Source: Eledone cirrhosa (taxonomy: Eukaryota). Taken from it: DNA of 64,000 nucleotides. The stretch spans positions 302,994,001 through 303,058,000 of the forward strand of contig OZ024740.1 in NCBI GenBank assembly GCA_964016885.1, written 5' to 3'. This document shows, piece after piece, positions 1-13,459 of the stretch. Within the stretch, counting starts at the first letter, position 1, and each line of letters opens with the position of its first letter. The translations under genes and the position numbers were made by a program. The notes beneath the pieces were generated by a model. The model made no database searches. It was not told where the DNA came from and saw only the letters and a list, made by a program, of their open reading frames with translations.

Positions 1-1274
1 AACCTCAAAAACAAAGCATATTATATCAAATGCTTATTACAACTTCTATATAATTGTTACAATTTTTTCTTTATAATCAAATATATAATTGCAAAAGATA
101 GAAATATGAGACGAAAATCCATTAAAATATAAATTTTTTTATATTGTCTGTCTCTTTTAATCTAGACAAGCTACCAGAACTAAGAAAAACTTTAAAATAT
201 GAGTACATATACATCGGCTCAATTGGACCTGTACCCTCGGGTAAATATTTTCAAATATATTTCATTGTTTGCAGGGAAAATATTATTGGCACTAATTACT
301 TGATTGATGCAATATATCAAGATTTTACACAATTATTCTCATCAATCTGATCATAGTTTTGGTAATCGAAAATTAGATAGCATTTCATTATTTGTTCAAT
401 GTGTCATTTATAGATAATACTAGAAAAATATTGTATTTTTTTCATATATTGATTCAATACCATCAGAATTTTGTAATTAAATATCATTATTCTGTTTACA
501 ATTTTCAAAGTAATGCCTATAGATTGAGAAAATTCCTTGTTGATTAATCCATAACAATATATGAACCGGCTACCAGCAAATTTACACACTGGTTCTTTCT
601 CTCTTCTATATGAACTTGATGCTGTTTGTCTAAACATTGCAAAAAAAAGTTTCAAGAACAATCATTTTAGCTCTTAAATGATCATATATGCATCATTATG
701 CCTAAAACGTTCATTCATACAACAATTTTAGAAATGGCACACTCCATCAGATTTAATAAATACAATAATTCCATTAAAAAACAAGCTATTTTGACTGTGA
801 TTAAAAATGAGCGAGTTCTTTGTTTTACTTTGTTTATCATATATTCTTTAACTGATATTCCAAACTAATTGAATCAACTAAGTTAAGGTTTTATTTAAGT
901 GGTATGAGCCCACTATGAAATCGTTATCCTTACTTTGAGGTGATATGTGCTCACATATAATTACAAATACTGTAGTTTTGGAAACTTAAAGAGCTATATA
1001 TAAATTGTCAAACCAATTGATTTTACAGCTGGTGGCTTTGTTAATACTAAGAAATCAATATAAAGTAGAAAATATACCTATTTTTATATGGTTAAAGAAA
1101 ATCTTACAATGTTCAGAACAGCAAATTTCAATCATGACATTGGTCAGTGAATGTAAAGATTTACATAAAAATACAAGATCTGAGAAATTACTGAAAAATA
1201 ATTTTACATTATTAATTGCAATGCTTTTAGAAGTTTTCATTATCAGCAATTCTCTATTAATTTTATTTTTCTAG

Positions 1275-2027
1275 AAGAGCTTCCTGCAACTTCAAGTGTT
1301 TCAGAGTTTCATGGTGAAGCTAGCAGACTTACAGATGACAATACAATTCATGGATATGCCAGTTTTATTGGACTCATGCAACAGCTAGTTTTCAATAAAA
1401 AACACTATTTTGAAATGGCAAAGTCCGGCAAGGCAAAGAATATTGAAGTCAGCGCACAGTTTGATGGGGGATCAAACATTGCTAGAGACCCAATCACATT
1501 TAAACAAACATCTGCCTTTGCCGAACTAAGCACACTCAACATTCATTTATTGTTTGTCATATCCTTTAAATTCAAAACCACGGAACCTGATGGCCTGTTG
1601 CTGTATAGCGGTGGCAAAGGACAGGACTTTCTTGCACTAGAACTTGTAGATGGCTATATCTATTATATATACAATCTGGGCAATGGGCCCAAAGTTATAA
1701 AAGGAAAGACTCAAGGTCCATTAAATGACAACCAATGGCATTTGGTATCACTCTCCCGCCTTGAGAAAAATTCTCAGTTGTTTCGAGTTGACATCAATCC
1801 CACTGTGATGATTCCCGTCCTCAACGGAAAAGCTATCCACTTTGATCTCGAGGGACCTCTCTATCTTGGAGGGGTAAAAAAGACAGTTTTTGCCAGTTTA
1901 CCAAAATCAATTCGTTCTAAACATGGATTCCAAGGATGCATGGCGTCAATTGACCTTAATGACATCTATCCTAAAGTGTTGACAAATGCCACATATCTTC
2001 ATGGTCCAGTAATTGCAGGCTGCAAAG
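1275..2027 (+). CDS. Nrx-1: alpha-neurexin exon: C-terminal part of LNS4 plus LNS5 (laminin-G) domain
   Basis: Acceptor ttttatttttctag ends 1274, donor GTAAGC at 2028; 753 nt, phase 1-1. Translation ELPATSSVSEFH...FIGLMQQLVFN...DPITFK...FKFKTTEPDGLLLYSGG...LNDNQWH...LYLGGV...GFQGCMASIDLN...AGCK resembles neurexin FIGHLQSLTFN..DPVTFK..FKTT..LNDNQWH..GFQGCLASVDLN..GCE. Confidence 0.93.
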
Positions 2028-3436
2028 GTAAGCACTTTATTAAATATCACTGCTTTCATGACATTATATATTTTGTGAAGTCTTAATAATATATTTAACC
2101 CTTTAGTTACCAACACGGCCAAAACCAGTTCTGGTTCTATGAAATAAAACCACTATTTTAAAGGTTTCCAATTTAAATTAAAATCTTCCACCATAATTTA
2201 ATATAAGAATCTTAGATTAAGTTACTAATTAATTAAAATAAAGAGCATTTCATTAGAAGTACAGTCATGGAAGGGTTAAACTACTGTTCAAATAATCTCA
2301 CTTCAGCTGACTGTTAAAATAAAATAAAAATCATTAAACTAATTAAGAAATAATTAATAGTTTTGGTACAATAACAGATATATTTCCTGAGCACTGTATA
2401 CAATAATTTTCATTATAGTATATAATAATTTTCATTATCTTTAAGGCCAGCAAGTACCAGTAATTGCTGGCCTTGTGCCAAAAGAAGAAACAATTATCTT
2501 TGAATTTCAAAAAATAGTTAAGAGAGGGATATTATTATTAATATTATTAGTATCTGTTATAAATTTGATTGATATGGCTATATATGATAAAAAATATATC
2601 TCCACTTTTTTAGGCTTGTGTGAAAATAAATTTAGTTTATTCTAATTAATATGCAACTGCAACACTCTGCACACACACACACACACACACACTCACACAC
2701 ACATATACACACACAAATACAAATACTCAATCAAATATAGCCAATTCTTACTAGCAAAAATACCTGAGTTTTTTATCTTGTAATATTGTCTTTCACTGTC
2801 ATCAGCCTCCCCCGCCCCCCAAAAAAATTATAACACTAGTCAGAGACTAGTACAATTTCCATTATGAAACTCATATAATCCAACATAATTCATATTAACT
2901 GCTAATCTATATAAATGTCTTTCAGGTAAAAGCAATAATAATTCATGTAATTTTTTTTTAATCGAAGTATATATTTTTATGTATATTTTAAAATTAAGTG
3001 TGAACAGAGATACAGAAGGCACATTAAAAAAAATCTAAAGAGGGAATGCAAGTTGTATATACTTTTGGGATGGCTATAAATCTGGTAAAAACAAGATTGA
3101 TATGAAATGATTGCTTCCCCTCCACTGATTATAGGTTACTAAGATAGAAAGTAAGGGAGATAATAGTAACTTCCCTTAGACATCTTAGTAACTTCCCTTA
3201 GATAAAATTAGATATGTTATTTTGTCTATAAAATGATTTAAGTGAGATGTTTCATGTTACGTGGGACGCCATAATTTCAGTACTTCTATTTATTTTTAAA
3301 AGAAAATGATTGCGAAATGGCTTTTGCTAGTGATTAAGTAAATTTTTAAAATACATCTTAAATTAATCACCAATAATCCAATAACAAATATTATGTTTTA
3401 TTAAACCATATATATACACACACATGTGATCAACGG

Positions 3437-3478
<42 letters not shown>

Positions 3479-3856
3479 GTTGATCACAGAAAATTGATTA
3501 CTCCGCTAATAATTATTTTATAAATAGTTGTTCCGTAATTAATTAATTATTTCATTAGTATAACATCCCTTGTGAAACAGGTTTATGTTTTGAAGTTCTG
3601 CCCAATCTGCTGAAAAGGTTTGAATTTTGAAATTTAAACTTGTCTAGGCACCAGGCAGTTGCCATTTTACGTCTGTAAGTATAGATTTAATATTTAAAAT
3701 TCTCTAGATCGATACAGACGGACTATATGTACTTGAATTAAGGTATTTCTATCTCGCTAAAAAATTATTGTCATTTTGCAAAAAAAAAGAAAAAAAAAAA
3801 AAACACAGTCGTGTTGATCATATATTTTTTAATTTTTAATTTCTAAATTGTAATAT

Positions 3857-5043
3857 ATCATCATCATCATCATCATCATCAACGTTTAACGTCCGTGTTC
3901 CACGCTTGCATGGGTTTGGACGGGGGTAGTCCCACTTGAGGCAAGAGTGATTGTCTTGCTCGCATAGGACTGTCTGGCAGGTTTTCTACAGTTGGATGCC
4001 CTTCCTAACACCAACCACATTTACAGTGTGGGTCTGGGAGGTTTTTACCGTGTTGCCTACACGGCCACATTACAGCGTGGACTGTGTGTTTTTTTGTCGT
4101 GACACCTACACGATCTCATTTGTTTCGGCCTGGATGGCGCGGCACCAACATAACTTTACATAGAACGGGGTGGTGTGGATGGGGTGGGGGTGGCGGCGGG
4201 AGGGGTGTATTTTGTTAGAGATGCCTACTGGCAAGGCGGGTCTTCTCTGTTACTGAGTACCGCCAAAGGTCACGGTCCAGTGACATTGTCTTGGAGAGGT
4301 GTAAGTGTGTGAGGTCGGAGTTTATCAGCTCATCCCATGTTTTTCTAGGTCTGCCTATTCCGTGGCTACCGTCTATCTTTATTGCCCTGCACTTTGTAAT
4401 ACAGCTATCGACTTTCATGCGCATCACGTGTCCATACCAACGCAGCCTTCTCTCGAGTAAACAACATCTGATCCCTCTTATCTCTAATTTTTTCCTTAGT
4501 TCGTTTATGCTTTGCCGTTCACGTATATTACTGTTACACATCCAGCGGAGCATGCAAGCTTCGTTCCTCTCTAGTCTGCGTATATCCTCTGCACACAATG
4601 CCCAGGTCTCACTACCATGCAACATTGCTGTTCGTATGCAGGCATCGTACAACCTGCCTTTCATTTTTAGGGAGAACCCTTTAGCAGCTAATAGTGGTAT
4701 AAGCTCTCTGAACTTTTTCCAACCAGTTCTGACTCTAGCTACAGTACTTTCAGAGCACCCTCCCCCACTGCTGATTTTATCGCCCAGGTAACGGAAGCTG
4801 TCCACTATTTCTATAAAACCCTCTGCGCAATTGAAAGAGCTAGTATTTTGTGGGCACTTGCTGCTACTTATTGCACCAGAACACCGGCCACATGTAAAGT
4901 CTATGTTCTTAGTTAGCTTACCTGTGATCCCACTACATCTTTTATGCACCCATACTTTGCATTTAGGACATAAGATGGAGTTTCTACCTACGCCTTTCCT
5001 ACATACCGAGCACGACCATTTCCCAGAAGGGACCGCCGCCTTG
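3857..5043 (-). mobile_element. 5'-truncated RTE-like LINE (RT C-terminus, 3'UTR, (GAT)n tail)
   Basis: ORF 4215-4949 has a Cys-rich HKRCSGI..FTCGRC segment, FRYLG, MLHGSETW, RRLRWYGHVMRM and GRPRKTW; tail (cat)n at 3857-3880 on +; 5' end abuts (TA)n. Confidence 0.9.
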
Positions 5044-5049
5044 TTATAT

Positions 5050-5156
<107 letters not shown>

Positions 5157-6093
5157 ATATCTATATATATATATATATATATGTAAGGGTCATAAATATA
5201 TGGGTTTTATTTATCCTATCTATCTTAGTCAGTGGAATATAGAGTAGAGAAGGTATGATTGCATTCATTTCACTTTGGGTTGGGTTGACTGAAAATCATC
5301 CATCAAGTGTTAATAAAATAATTATCAATAATATACCAAAATATTTGATGAAATATATCTCAGTAGTAAAAGTAATGAACAGTCAACAGAAGGATAATTT
5401 TGATAAACTTACTGATTATTTCATTCTAACAATTTTTTATTAATATCTAACCTTTGCTGATGTTTAATCAGTAATAGGTTATTTTCTCTTTCTCTTTATC
5501 TCTCCTAAATCTGATTATTTCCTAACAGATAATAAAGTGAAGAAATTGACAGTTTTTATTTTTTAATTAATTAATCTGTGATGTTACTAATAAAAATCAA
5601 CTTTCTTTTTATTTATTTCCCAATATTATCAATCTACATTATTAAATTAATACTCATCTGTTATTTTAAAAAAAGTGATGATTGTTGCTGAATCAATTTA
5701 ATGCATAATATAAATGTTTACAGTTTTTTAAAACTAATATATCTTTCAAATTTCAGAATAATTAATATTATAACTTTGTTGTGTACATATCCAAAATTAT
5801 TTGCTATAAGAATTTTTCAAAAATAATTCTAGTGAAAAAAATTATATTCTTACAAATCTGAATTTTTGCATTCTATGTTTCTTACAGTTTTTTAGTGACT
5901 TTTACTTTATAAAATAACTCTAAAGTTTAGTTGGTTATCAGTGTGCATATAGTAGCTTCCCTTATAGTTAGTATTTTAACAGGTTGAAGTATAGTCATAT
6001 GTCTAATATTTTCACACATTTACTTTCAAGCTGTATCCACATTTTATTGTTTGTGTATAAGTATTTCTTTTAATATATATAATACACACAAAC

Positions 6094-6158
<65 letters not shown>

Positions 6159-7740
6159 AGTGAGTGCATGTGTGGTATATCTGCATGTCTGTATGTGTAC
6201 GTGTTATACAATGTATGCATGAGAAAAGTAATACAGCTATTTATAAATGATGATGATCAGTTTCCTGGTAGGGTCATGCTGCTCATAAAGATACATGCAC
6301 CAGTTGAGTTACACTTTATTTTTATTATTGGTCAGGGAATTAATCTATTCATCAGTTGGTATAATAATCCAGATGATTAGTTAATTGTCAAAGCCCTTTT
6401 CTCTCACATTTTGTGATCTGCTTAGTGACTAAAATGGAGTAACTAAAATAGTTATTAAGAATGTCAATGAATGTGTACTAAAAGATCTTTTACAATTAAA
6501 TAACCATCCATTTACTAAACCAACCAAGGAATATATTAGTTAATTACCTGGCTAATAATAAAAATAAGTATAACTCAACTCGTGCATATGTTTTCAGTAG
6601 CAGAAGTACACTCCCAAAGTATAACAGTATCTGTTTCAACATGTTATCATCAAGCTATCAGACTTTATACATATAATAAATAAATTGGGATATTGTATTA
6701 TTTCTGTATTCTTTTTTGAATAAAATAATCATACTCCTATAGATTTGACTAGTCAGTTCCAAAGTAGAAAACCTGAGTCCATTCCTTCTATCTAAGAAAG
6801 CATGACAAGGAGTGATGCATTTGATGTTATAAAGTAGGAAACTAAATTAAGATATTTGTTTGAAAAGAGTTCTTGAAGGATTAAATTTTATAAAAAGATA
6901 GAGAGGTCTATTTTAGATAGAACCTTGATAAATAGGAAGAAAACACATTGAATAAGATGTCCTCATAAATAGTATTATATAAAATATTCTGATAGCATGA
7001 TAAAGACCACAGATTACTAATAGCATGGTATGGTATAGTACTGTAAGTCCTGATAGAGTTGTAGGAGCACTGTAGTGACATATGGCATTTCTTGAGTATT
7101 TTAAGCTTGGTGGAGCTCATCCCTCTCCCATGTCTGAATACAGTAGATTTCTTCCAGAGAATGGTAGAAAATGAGATATAGAGAAAATGAGAAATAGATA
7201 TAGAGGAAGAATTGACCCCAATACTAAACTGGTACGTTTTTATCTACCTCGAATGGATGAAAGATAAAGTTGACCTCAGCAGGATTTGAACTCAGAGAGC
7301 AGAAACCCAGAATGAATACTACAAAGCATTCTATCCAGCATTCTAATAACTTTACCAATTTGCTACCCATTGATTACCAATGTTGAGGTTTATTAATCAA
7401 AGCAAGTTCTTTTCTTATCTAGAAGTTACTTATAGTACAGTGAAATTAAATTCCAGTACAATCAAGCAAAGATGATTAGTGGGATTTATTCTTTGCGTAA
7501 GTTAGCAGATGAAATGATTTAAGAAATTTTCTTTTAATAATTTTGAATAAATCAAAAGGAAATCATTTCTATATGGATGCCTAATCTTAATTTTTGATGA
7601 ATTCAAGTTAAAATAATAGCTTATAACTAAGTTTTCAAACATGGAAATAGAGTTTTCAAAACTCGGGGTAATTTGATATATCAATCTTTTAAACCTTGAA
7701 TTTTGTCTTATAGGAACCTAGGTGTATATTAAAACAAGTA

Positions 7741-7934
7741 AATAATTGTTTCTACTTTTGGCACAAGGTCAGCTATTATCCCAGTGTATTACTAGTACTT
7801 TATTTTATCGATCCCGTAAGGATGAAAGGCAAAGTTAACTTCGGTGAGATTTGAACTCAGAATGACAAGGGCCGTAACTCTATGCATCAAAGCATGGCAT
7901 CCGACCCTCTACCGATACTGCCAATCCACCGCCC
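7741..7934 (-). mobile_element. tRNA-derived SINE, family A
   Basis: Reverse complement of the 56672 element over its full length. Confidence 0.85.
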
Positions 7935-10900
7935 TAAAACAAGTAAATAATAAGTGGAGGTGTGTGGCCTAGTGATAAGGTTGTTAGACTTATAATAATA
8001 ATATGGGTTCAATTCCTAGGCTCAGTTGTGTGTTATGTTGACCAAAACACTTCATTTCATATTGCTCCAGTATACTCAACTGAAAATGAATACCAGCAAC
8101 AGCTGAGGTTTTAACCTTGCAATGGACTGGTGACCTGTCCAAGGGAGAGTCTTGTACTCTCAGTCACTTCACTCCACAAAACTAAAAGGATGCTTCAAAT
8201 ATATTTGAAAGTCATTTGTATTACCATACAATTGATTTACAAAATTAAGAAAATATTAAGTTCTTTTTCTCTGGTAATTTAAAATAGTACTGTTTAATTC
8301 ATTTGCACAATATATTAGAATTTTTTTCGCTTAATTACATGAATCCTCATATGGTTAGTATAATAAGCATTTAATAACTTCATTTCATATATAAGAATAT
8401 TCAAAAGTTTAATTAAAATTTTCGAAATATTAAAATAAGATCCAAATTTATTAAAATAATCCTTCAAACAATATTCTTTCCTTAATTAAAACAAGAAAGA
8501 TAATTACATAAAAAATGTTTATAAAGTTTATAAGTTGTTTTAAGTTAAAATCAAGAGTAACAGTTGTTGTAATAATACGGATGCCTTAAATTCAAAAAGT
8601 GTTCTCCAACATTGTTACACCCTATAGTGTGGGGGAGTATTCTCTGGTATAATATGTGGGGGAGCCTTCTCTGGCATGACATGTGGGGGAGCCTTCTCTG
8701 GTATGACAGCAGACAGAATACAAAAAATGTTACCCAAGAGTGAAATAACCCTTCTCTCCAGTTCTCTCCAGCAGGTGGCTAACTCCACCCCTGTAGAAGT
8801 GAGTATGGATGTGGTCTGGAACCAAGAATGCCAGAAGTCTCCACTCCTATAAGTTTGACAACAAACCTATGAAAGAGTGGCTGATACTTCAACACTATTA
8901 AATTGCTTGATTCAATTATTTTCCAACAACACACCAAGCATTCTAATTTAATACACAAAATGTTTAATATGAGAAAATGATCTATTTTAAGGAGTAGATA
9001 TTATTTTGGTGTTTATCAATATCTCCCTGGCACTAGAAGCAGCTATTAGTAATTCATCTGAGCTAGCCAATTCAACACTTGATGATATTTGAGATGGAAT
9101 CAGGCTATTACAGTGATAATATTTGTATCAGTTTAAATAAGCTAGGAAGAGTATTAAAAAAAATCTGTGTGTGAATGTATATATCCCTTTGAAACCATGT
9201 AACTTTGGGTTCTATCTCACTACAGAACATTTTGTGTCTTCTACAATTGCTTCAGTTTGACTAATGCCTTATGCGTGAAATTGGTAGATGGAAACTGCAT
9301 GGAAACTGTTTGTGCTTATGTGTATATGAGAGTGTGTCTCTATATAAATGTGTGTGCATCTATGTGGCATGTGTGGGTACATATGTATGTTATTATATAT
9401 CATTGATAAATATATATATAATTTTTAATCCTGGACAGCCAGAACAATATTTGAAATATTTAATATGGTACCTTTCACAGAATAAAAATATAGTATTAAA
9501 AGGCACTACATTATTTGAAGATTTTACAAAAATGTCTAACTAAATTAATCTAGTTTATCTTTCTAGAAAACAACTATTGTTTGTCAATTTACAGTTAATA
9601 GTTGGTATTCAAATGATCATCTAATCTAAAACAAAAATCAATTATTCAATCATAGGGCTTTCTGGTAGAAGCACTGGTATCAAACAGAAAAAAAACAGTT
9701 TTAAGTCAATTGTTAAAAGTACAAAGTAGGATATTTAAATACAACAGGATATTAAGTAGGATATTTAAGTACTAAGTTTAATTTTAAGAAAATTATTTGA
9801 AACTGAAAGTACATAACTACAGAGAGTAAATATTACATTGACACATTTCAAATCTTTGATACCAAAACTTTTATCTAGAACAACTGGATGTTTTGCAAGC
9901 ATTCATAAATATTATTATTCATAATTAATTATTAACATATATGTATTTAAACAAAAAGAAATTTCAATTGAATAGAATTGAATTTGTTAACACTTAATGT
10001 CAGTGCTTTCAATAAGTATTTGGAATTTGTTATATAACTATTGTTTAGATCAAGCTTCAGCTTTTTGAATTTTGATGATGTAAGGTTTATGGTAAATTCA
10101 AATTTTTAACTTAGCTTCTTTTCAAATGAAAGGTCATTTATTGTAATATAATGTTATTTTCATTCAATCTCTTTTTTTTTAACAGTACCAGCTTTAGACA
10201 GATTAAATTTTCATTGTTATATATAATCAAATACATTTACTTGATTTCTTATTAATTTTATATCAATTTTTAATTATTCTAAGTCAGTTTACTTTGTTGC
10301 TAACATAAATATCTGAATTTCAGCATATTCTTTCAAATTGTAACACCTTATAAATATAACTATCACCACCACCACCACCTCCACTACTACTACTACTACT
10401 ACTACCAACAATACCAACACCACACACCATCAGTATTAACACTAATATTGTATTTTTGTATCAATTATATTTTCATTAAAGAAATACTTCAAAATATCAG
10501 TTACAAACATATTGCCATAATTACCTTAGTTTATTTATGCAGGGTAGCTAAATCCTAGCTAAATTTATGCATTGAAAAAAAGAAAGGATATAAGCAATAG
10601 ATAGATGTAGATATAAGATAAGGGGTGATGTACTAAATGCCATGCACAAGAAATTCTTAATTAACTGAAATCTTTCAAGTTGGAGAAAGAAAGCAAAACC
10701 CTGGTGGCAACTGTTAGTGACATTCAAAGAAAGGGGGAGATAATTTCAAGAAATTAAGAATTTTATTCAAAGTTAATCTACATGCTTAGAGGAAGCATAG
10801 TCTCATCTTTATTAGCAGTCCAGGTGGGGAAGGAAAGTCTGATCTCTTCTTCCCTATGTATGTAAATTAAGTTTTAGATATTAATTCTGAATTTATTGAA

Positions 10901-13339
10901 ATTTTTTGCCTCTTTTCTACAAGTATTAAACACTGCTGCTAGGTTTTTGTTCGCAGTTTCCAACTAAGAAGGAAAGTTCAATTAATTCAGACTCTTTTTG
11001 GTACATCGTTCAATACATTACTCCTTAACTTATTCATATTTATGCCATTGGCTCATTTGAGTTATTTTCCTTAGCTCCTTTTGTTTTTTAATTATATAAA
11101 TAATCATAGTTTGTTCTGTTACATAATAAGTTTGTATGAAATCCACATTCTAAAGTAAAATCACTATTTTATGTATTTTATATGAGTATTAATTATGAAA
11201 ATATTTCTTTTTAACATTATTATTTCATTTCAGTTAAAATTCACATTTTAAAAATAATTTAATTAATTCATAATTCATTTTATTCCTTAAAGTTTTCTTT
11301 GATACTTTTGGAAATCTTACTTTTAGTTACACTTATTGATCTTCTTGCAACCTATTTCAACTAATTTTATTACATGCATGTGTAAAAGATATAGAAAACA
11401 TTCTAATATATATTAGTAAGTGTATTTTGAAATCAAAGTAAATTCTATTGATTCCTTTGATAAGCATTTAAATAGGAATATCTCCAGCATAGTCATTCAA
11501 TCTGCACTATCATAAGATGAAATATATTTAAAAGAATTAAACATTTCATGTAAATACAAAACTGTGCATATAAGTATATTTATATGTGCAATGTATTTTA
11601 TACATTTCTGACGACGCTTGAATATAAAAGGTATACATTTTAACTTAATCTTACATAAATGTATATAGGCATATTATGCATGCAGGTGTAAATAATTTCT
11701 CAAATATCAAACAGAATATTGATTGATCTGATTTTCAAAAGATATTTACAAAATTATACATAATAAATTATTTTCAGTGAAAAACCTTCAGATAGGTACA
11801 AATTCAAACATATAGACATATAAATTTTATCCAGATGTAGCACATTTTCATCCAGGAAATTTATCTTTATAAACAGGATACATATATCTATACATATTCA
11901 TTGTATAAATATAATTCTGATGATCGTGTTCATTATAACTTGTTATATTTGATAGAATTAACTTTATTTGAAGTTCATTTGAGCTCAAAAGTGCTAAACT
12001 GTATAATTTACCACCTCTATTTTTACAGAAAGTAACAGGTGTTTTAACAATCCTTTGACAAGAAGAATCTAACTCGCAATTTGCTAAATACTCATTTCTC
12101 TCTACTATAAAAATTACATGAAATACCATCCATCTTACGTAGCCTCGAGTTGAGAAATGAAATTTCAGAAATGATTCCAAATAGCATATTATTATATTGC
12201 TATCAAATATTAGTACTCCCTATAATGAGCACTAAAGCCAATTTTTTTAAATGAACAAATCTTTCTTCAGATTAAATCTAAAGTCACACCACTTATCATA
12301 TACTATTATATTATATTGCAATGATCCAAAGATACTCAATTGAGATAATAAGATCTAACATATTTTATAGAGTAACAAGTAAATTTCGTAAACAAATGTT
12401 TTAATGCTTTCAAAGCAAAAAATATGTTGGCCTTTCATTTAAAATGCATCTTAATCCATGTTTGCAATAAATAACCAATACCTATCATTTTTTTAAATAT
12501 TCTAAATAATTTATTTGTCAATATATACACTGTCTTTTAATACAGTGTATAAAGACTTGAAAAAAAAACATGAGTTCACCCTATCATTCCCCATCTATGA
12601 TTAATATCACATTCATTTCTTCATTCTTGAATGTCTTCTTTACTTATCCATTTTATAACCCCACTTAATCACCCAAGTAGACAGATACATGCATATACAC
12701 ATTCAAATAGGCAAAAACATCTACGCATGCATTATTTCCCCACTAATACACACACACATTTACATTCATATATTGAAAGGCTAGAAATTAAGGGTCTAGC
12801 CTCAAAGCTAAAAGGTCAAGTATTAACATCTCATAACTTTTACCTGACCTCTTCTTTAAAGACAGATATCTATTCCAACTTCTGTCTCCCCTGTAAAATT
12901 TAGGTGCCATGGAAGGAACAGATCTCCAATATAGCACTAATTGTTGTTTAATTGATAGGTGATTCCTTAGTTTACAGTTTTGAGTTTGAATTTTATTCAG
13001 GCTAGGTTTGCCTTATTGTCATTCAAACATTTATGGCTTGTAGATCTATATAGAAATAGTTTCTTACTTGAAACTATGCTATTTGGTGTTGATTTGCTTC
13101 TGTAAAACATATGATTATTACAATCCATAACCCTCCCTCCCTGTGTTAAAAACAAATCGTGTACAGGTGAACATTTGATAGTTACACCGGATTCCAAGTA
13201 CACACACATATTCATTTACATACATTTATGTAATAACCAGTTTTTTTTCCAAAATTCTATAACATTCTATGAATTTTAATAAGTCATATTTGCTGTTGTT
13301 AGCTTGGACTTTGGTTAAAGGTGAGTGTTTGTGTTGTAG

Positions 13340-13459
13340 GTCCTAATCGGGAATGTCACCCCGAGGCCTGTTTGAACCAAGGCGAGTGTATGCAACAGTG
13401 GAACTCTTACATCTGTAACTGTGATTTAACATCCTATTCGGGCCACAGCTGTAGTGAAG
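13340..13459 (+). CDS. Nrx-1: alpha-neurexin exon: EGF3 domain
   Basis: Not in the ORF track. Acceptor gtgttgtag, donor GTGATT at 13460; 120 nt, phase 1-1. Reads GPNRECHPEACLNQGECMQQWNSYICNCDLTSYSGHSCSE (six Cys, C.NQG.C.QQW...C.C..TS.SG..C as in neurexin EGF3), in frame with the previous exon. Confidence 0.93.

Noticed and set aside
2775-2812. Minus-strand CTGATGA-cagt-GAAA
   Set aside because: No stem II, and no stem I or III pairing; chance match.
4291-4791. 166-aa plus-strand ORF
   Set aside because: Antisense shadow of the LINE ORF.
11599-11635. tatacattt-CTGACGA-cgctt-GAATATA-aaaggtata possible decayed hammerhead
   Set aside because: Stem I is plausible but stem II and GAAA are missing; too degraded to call.
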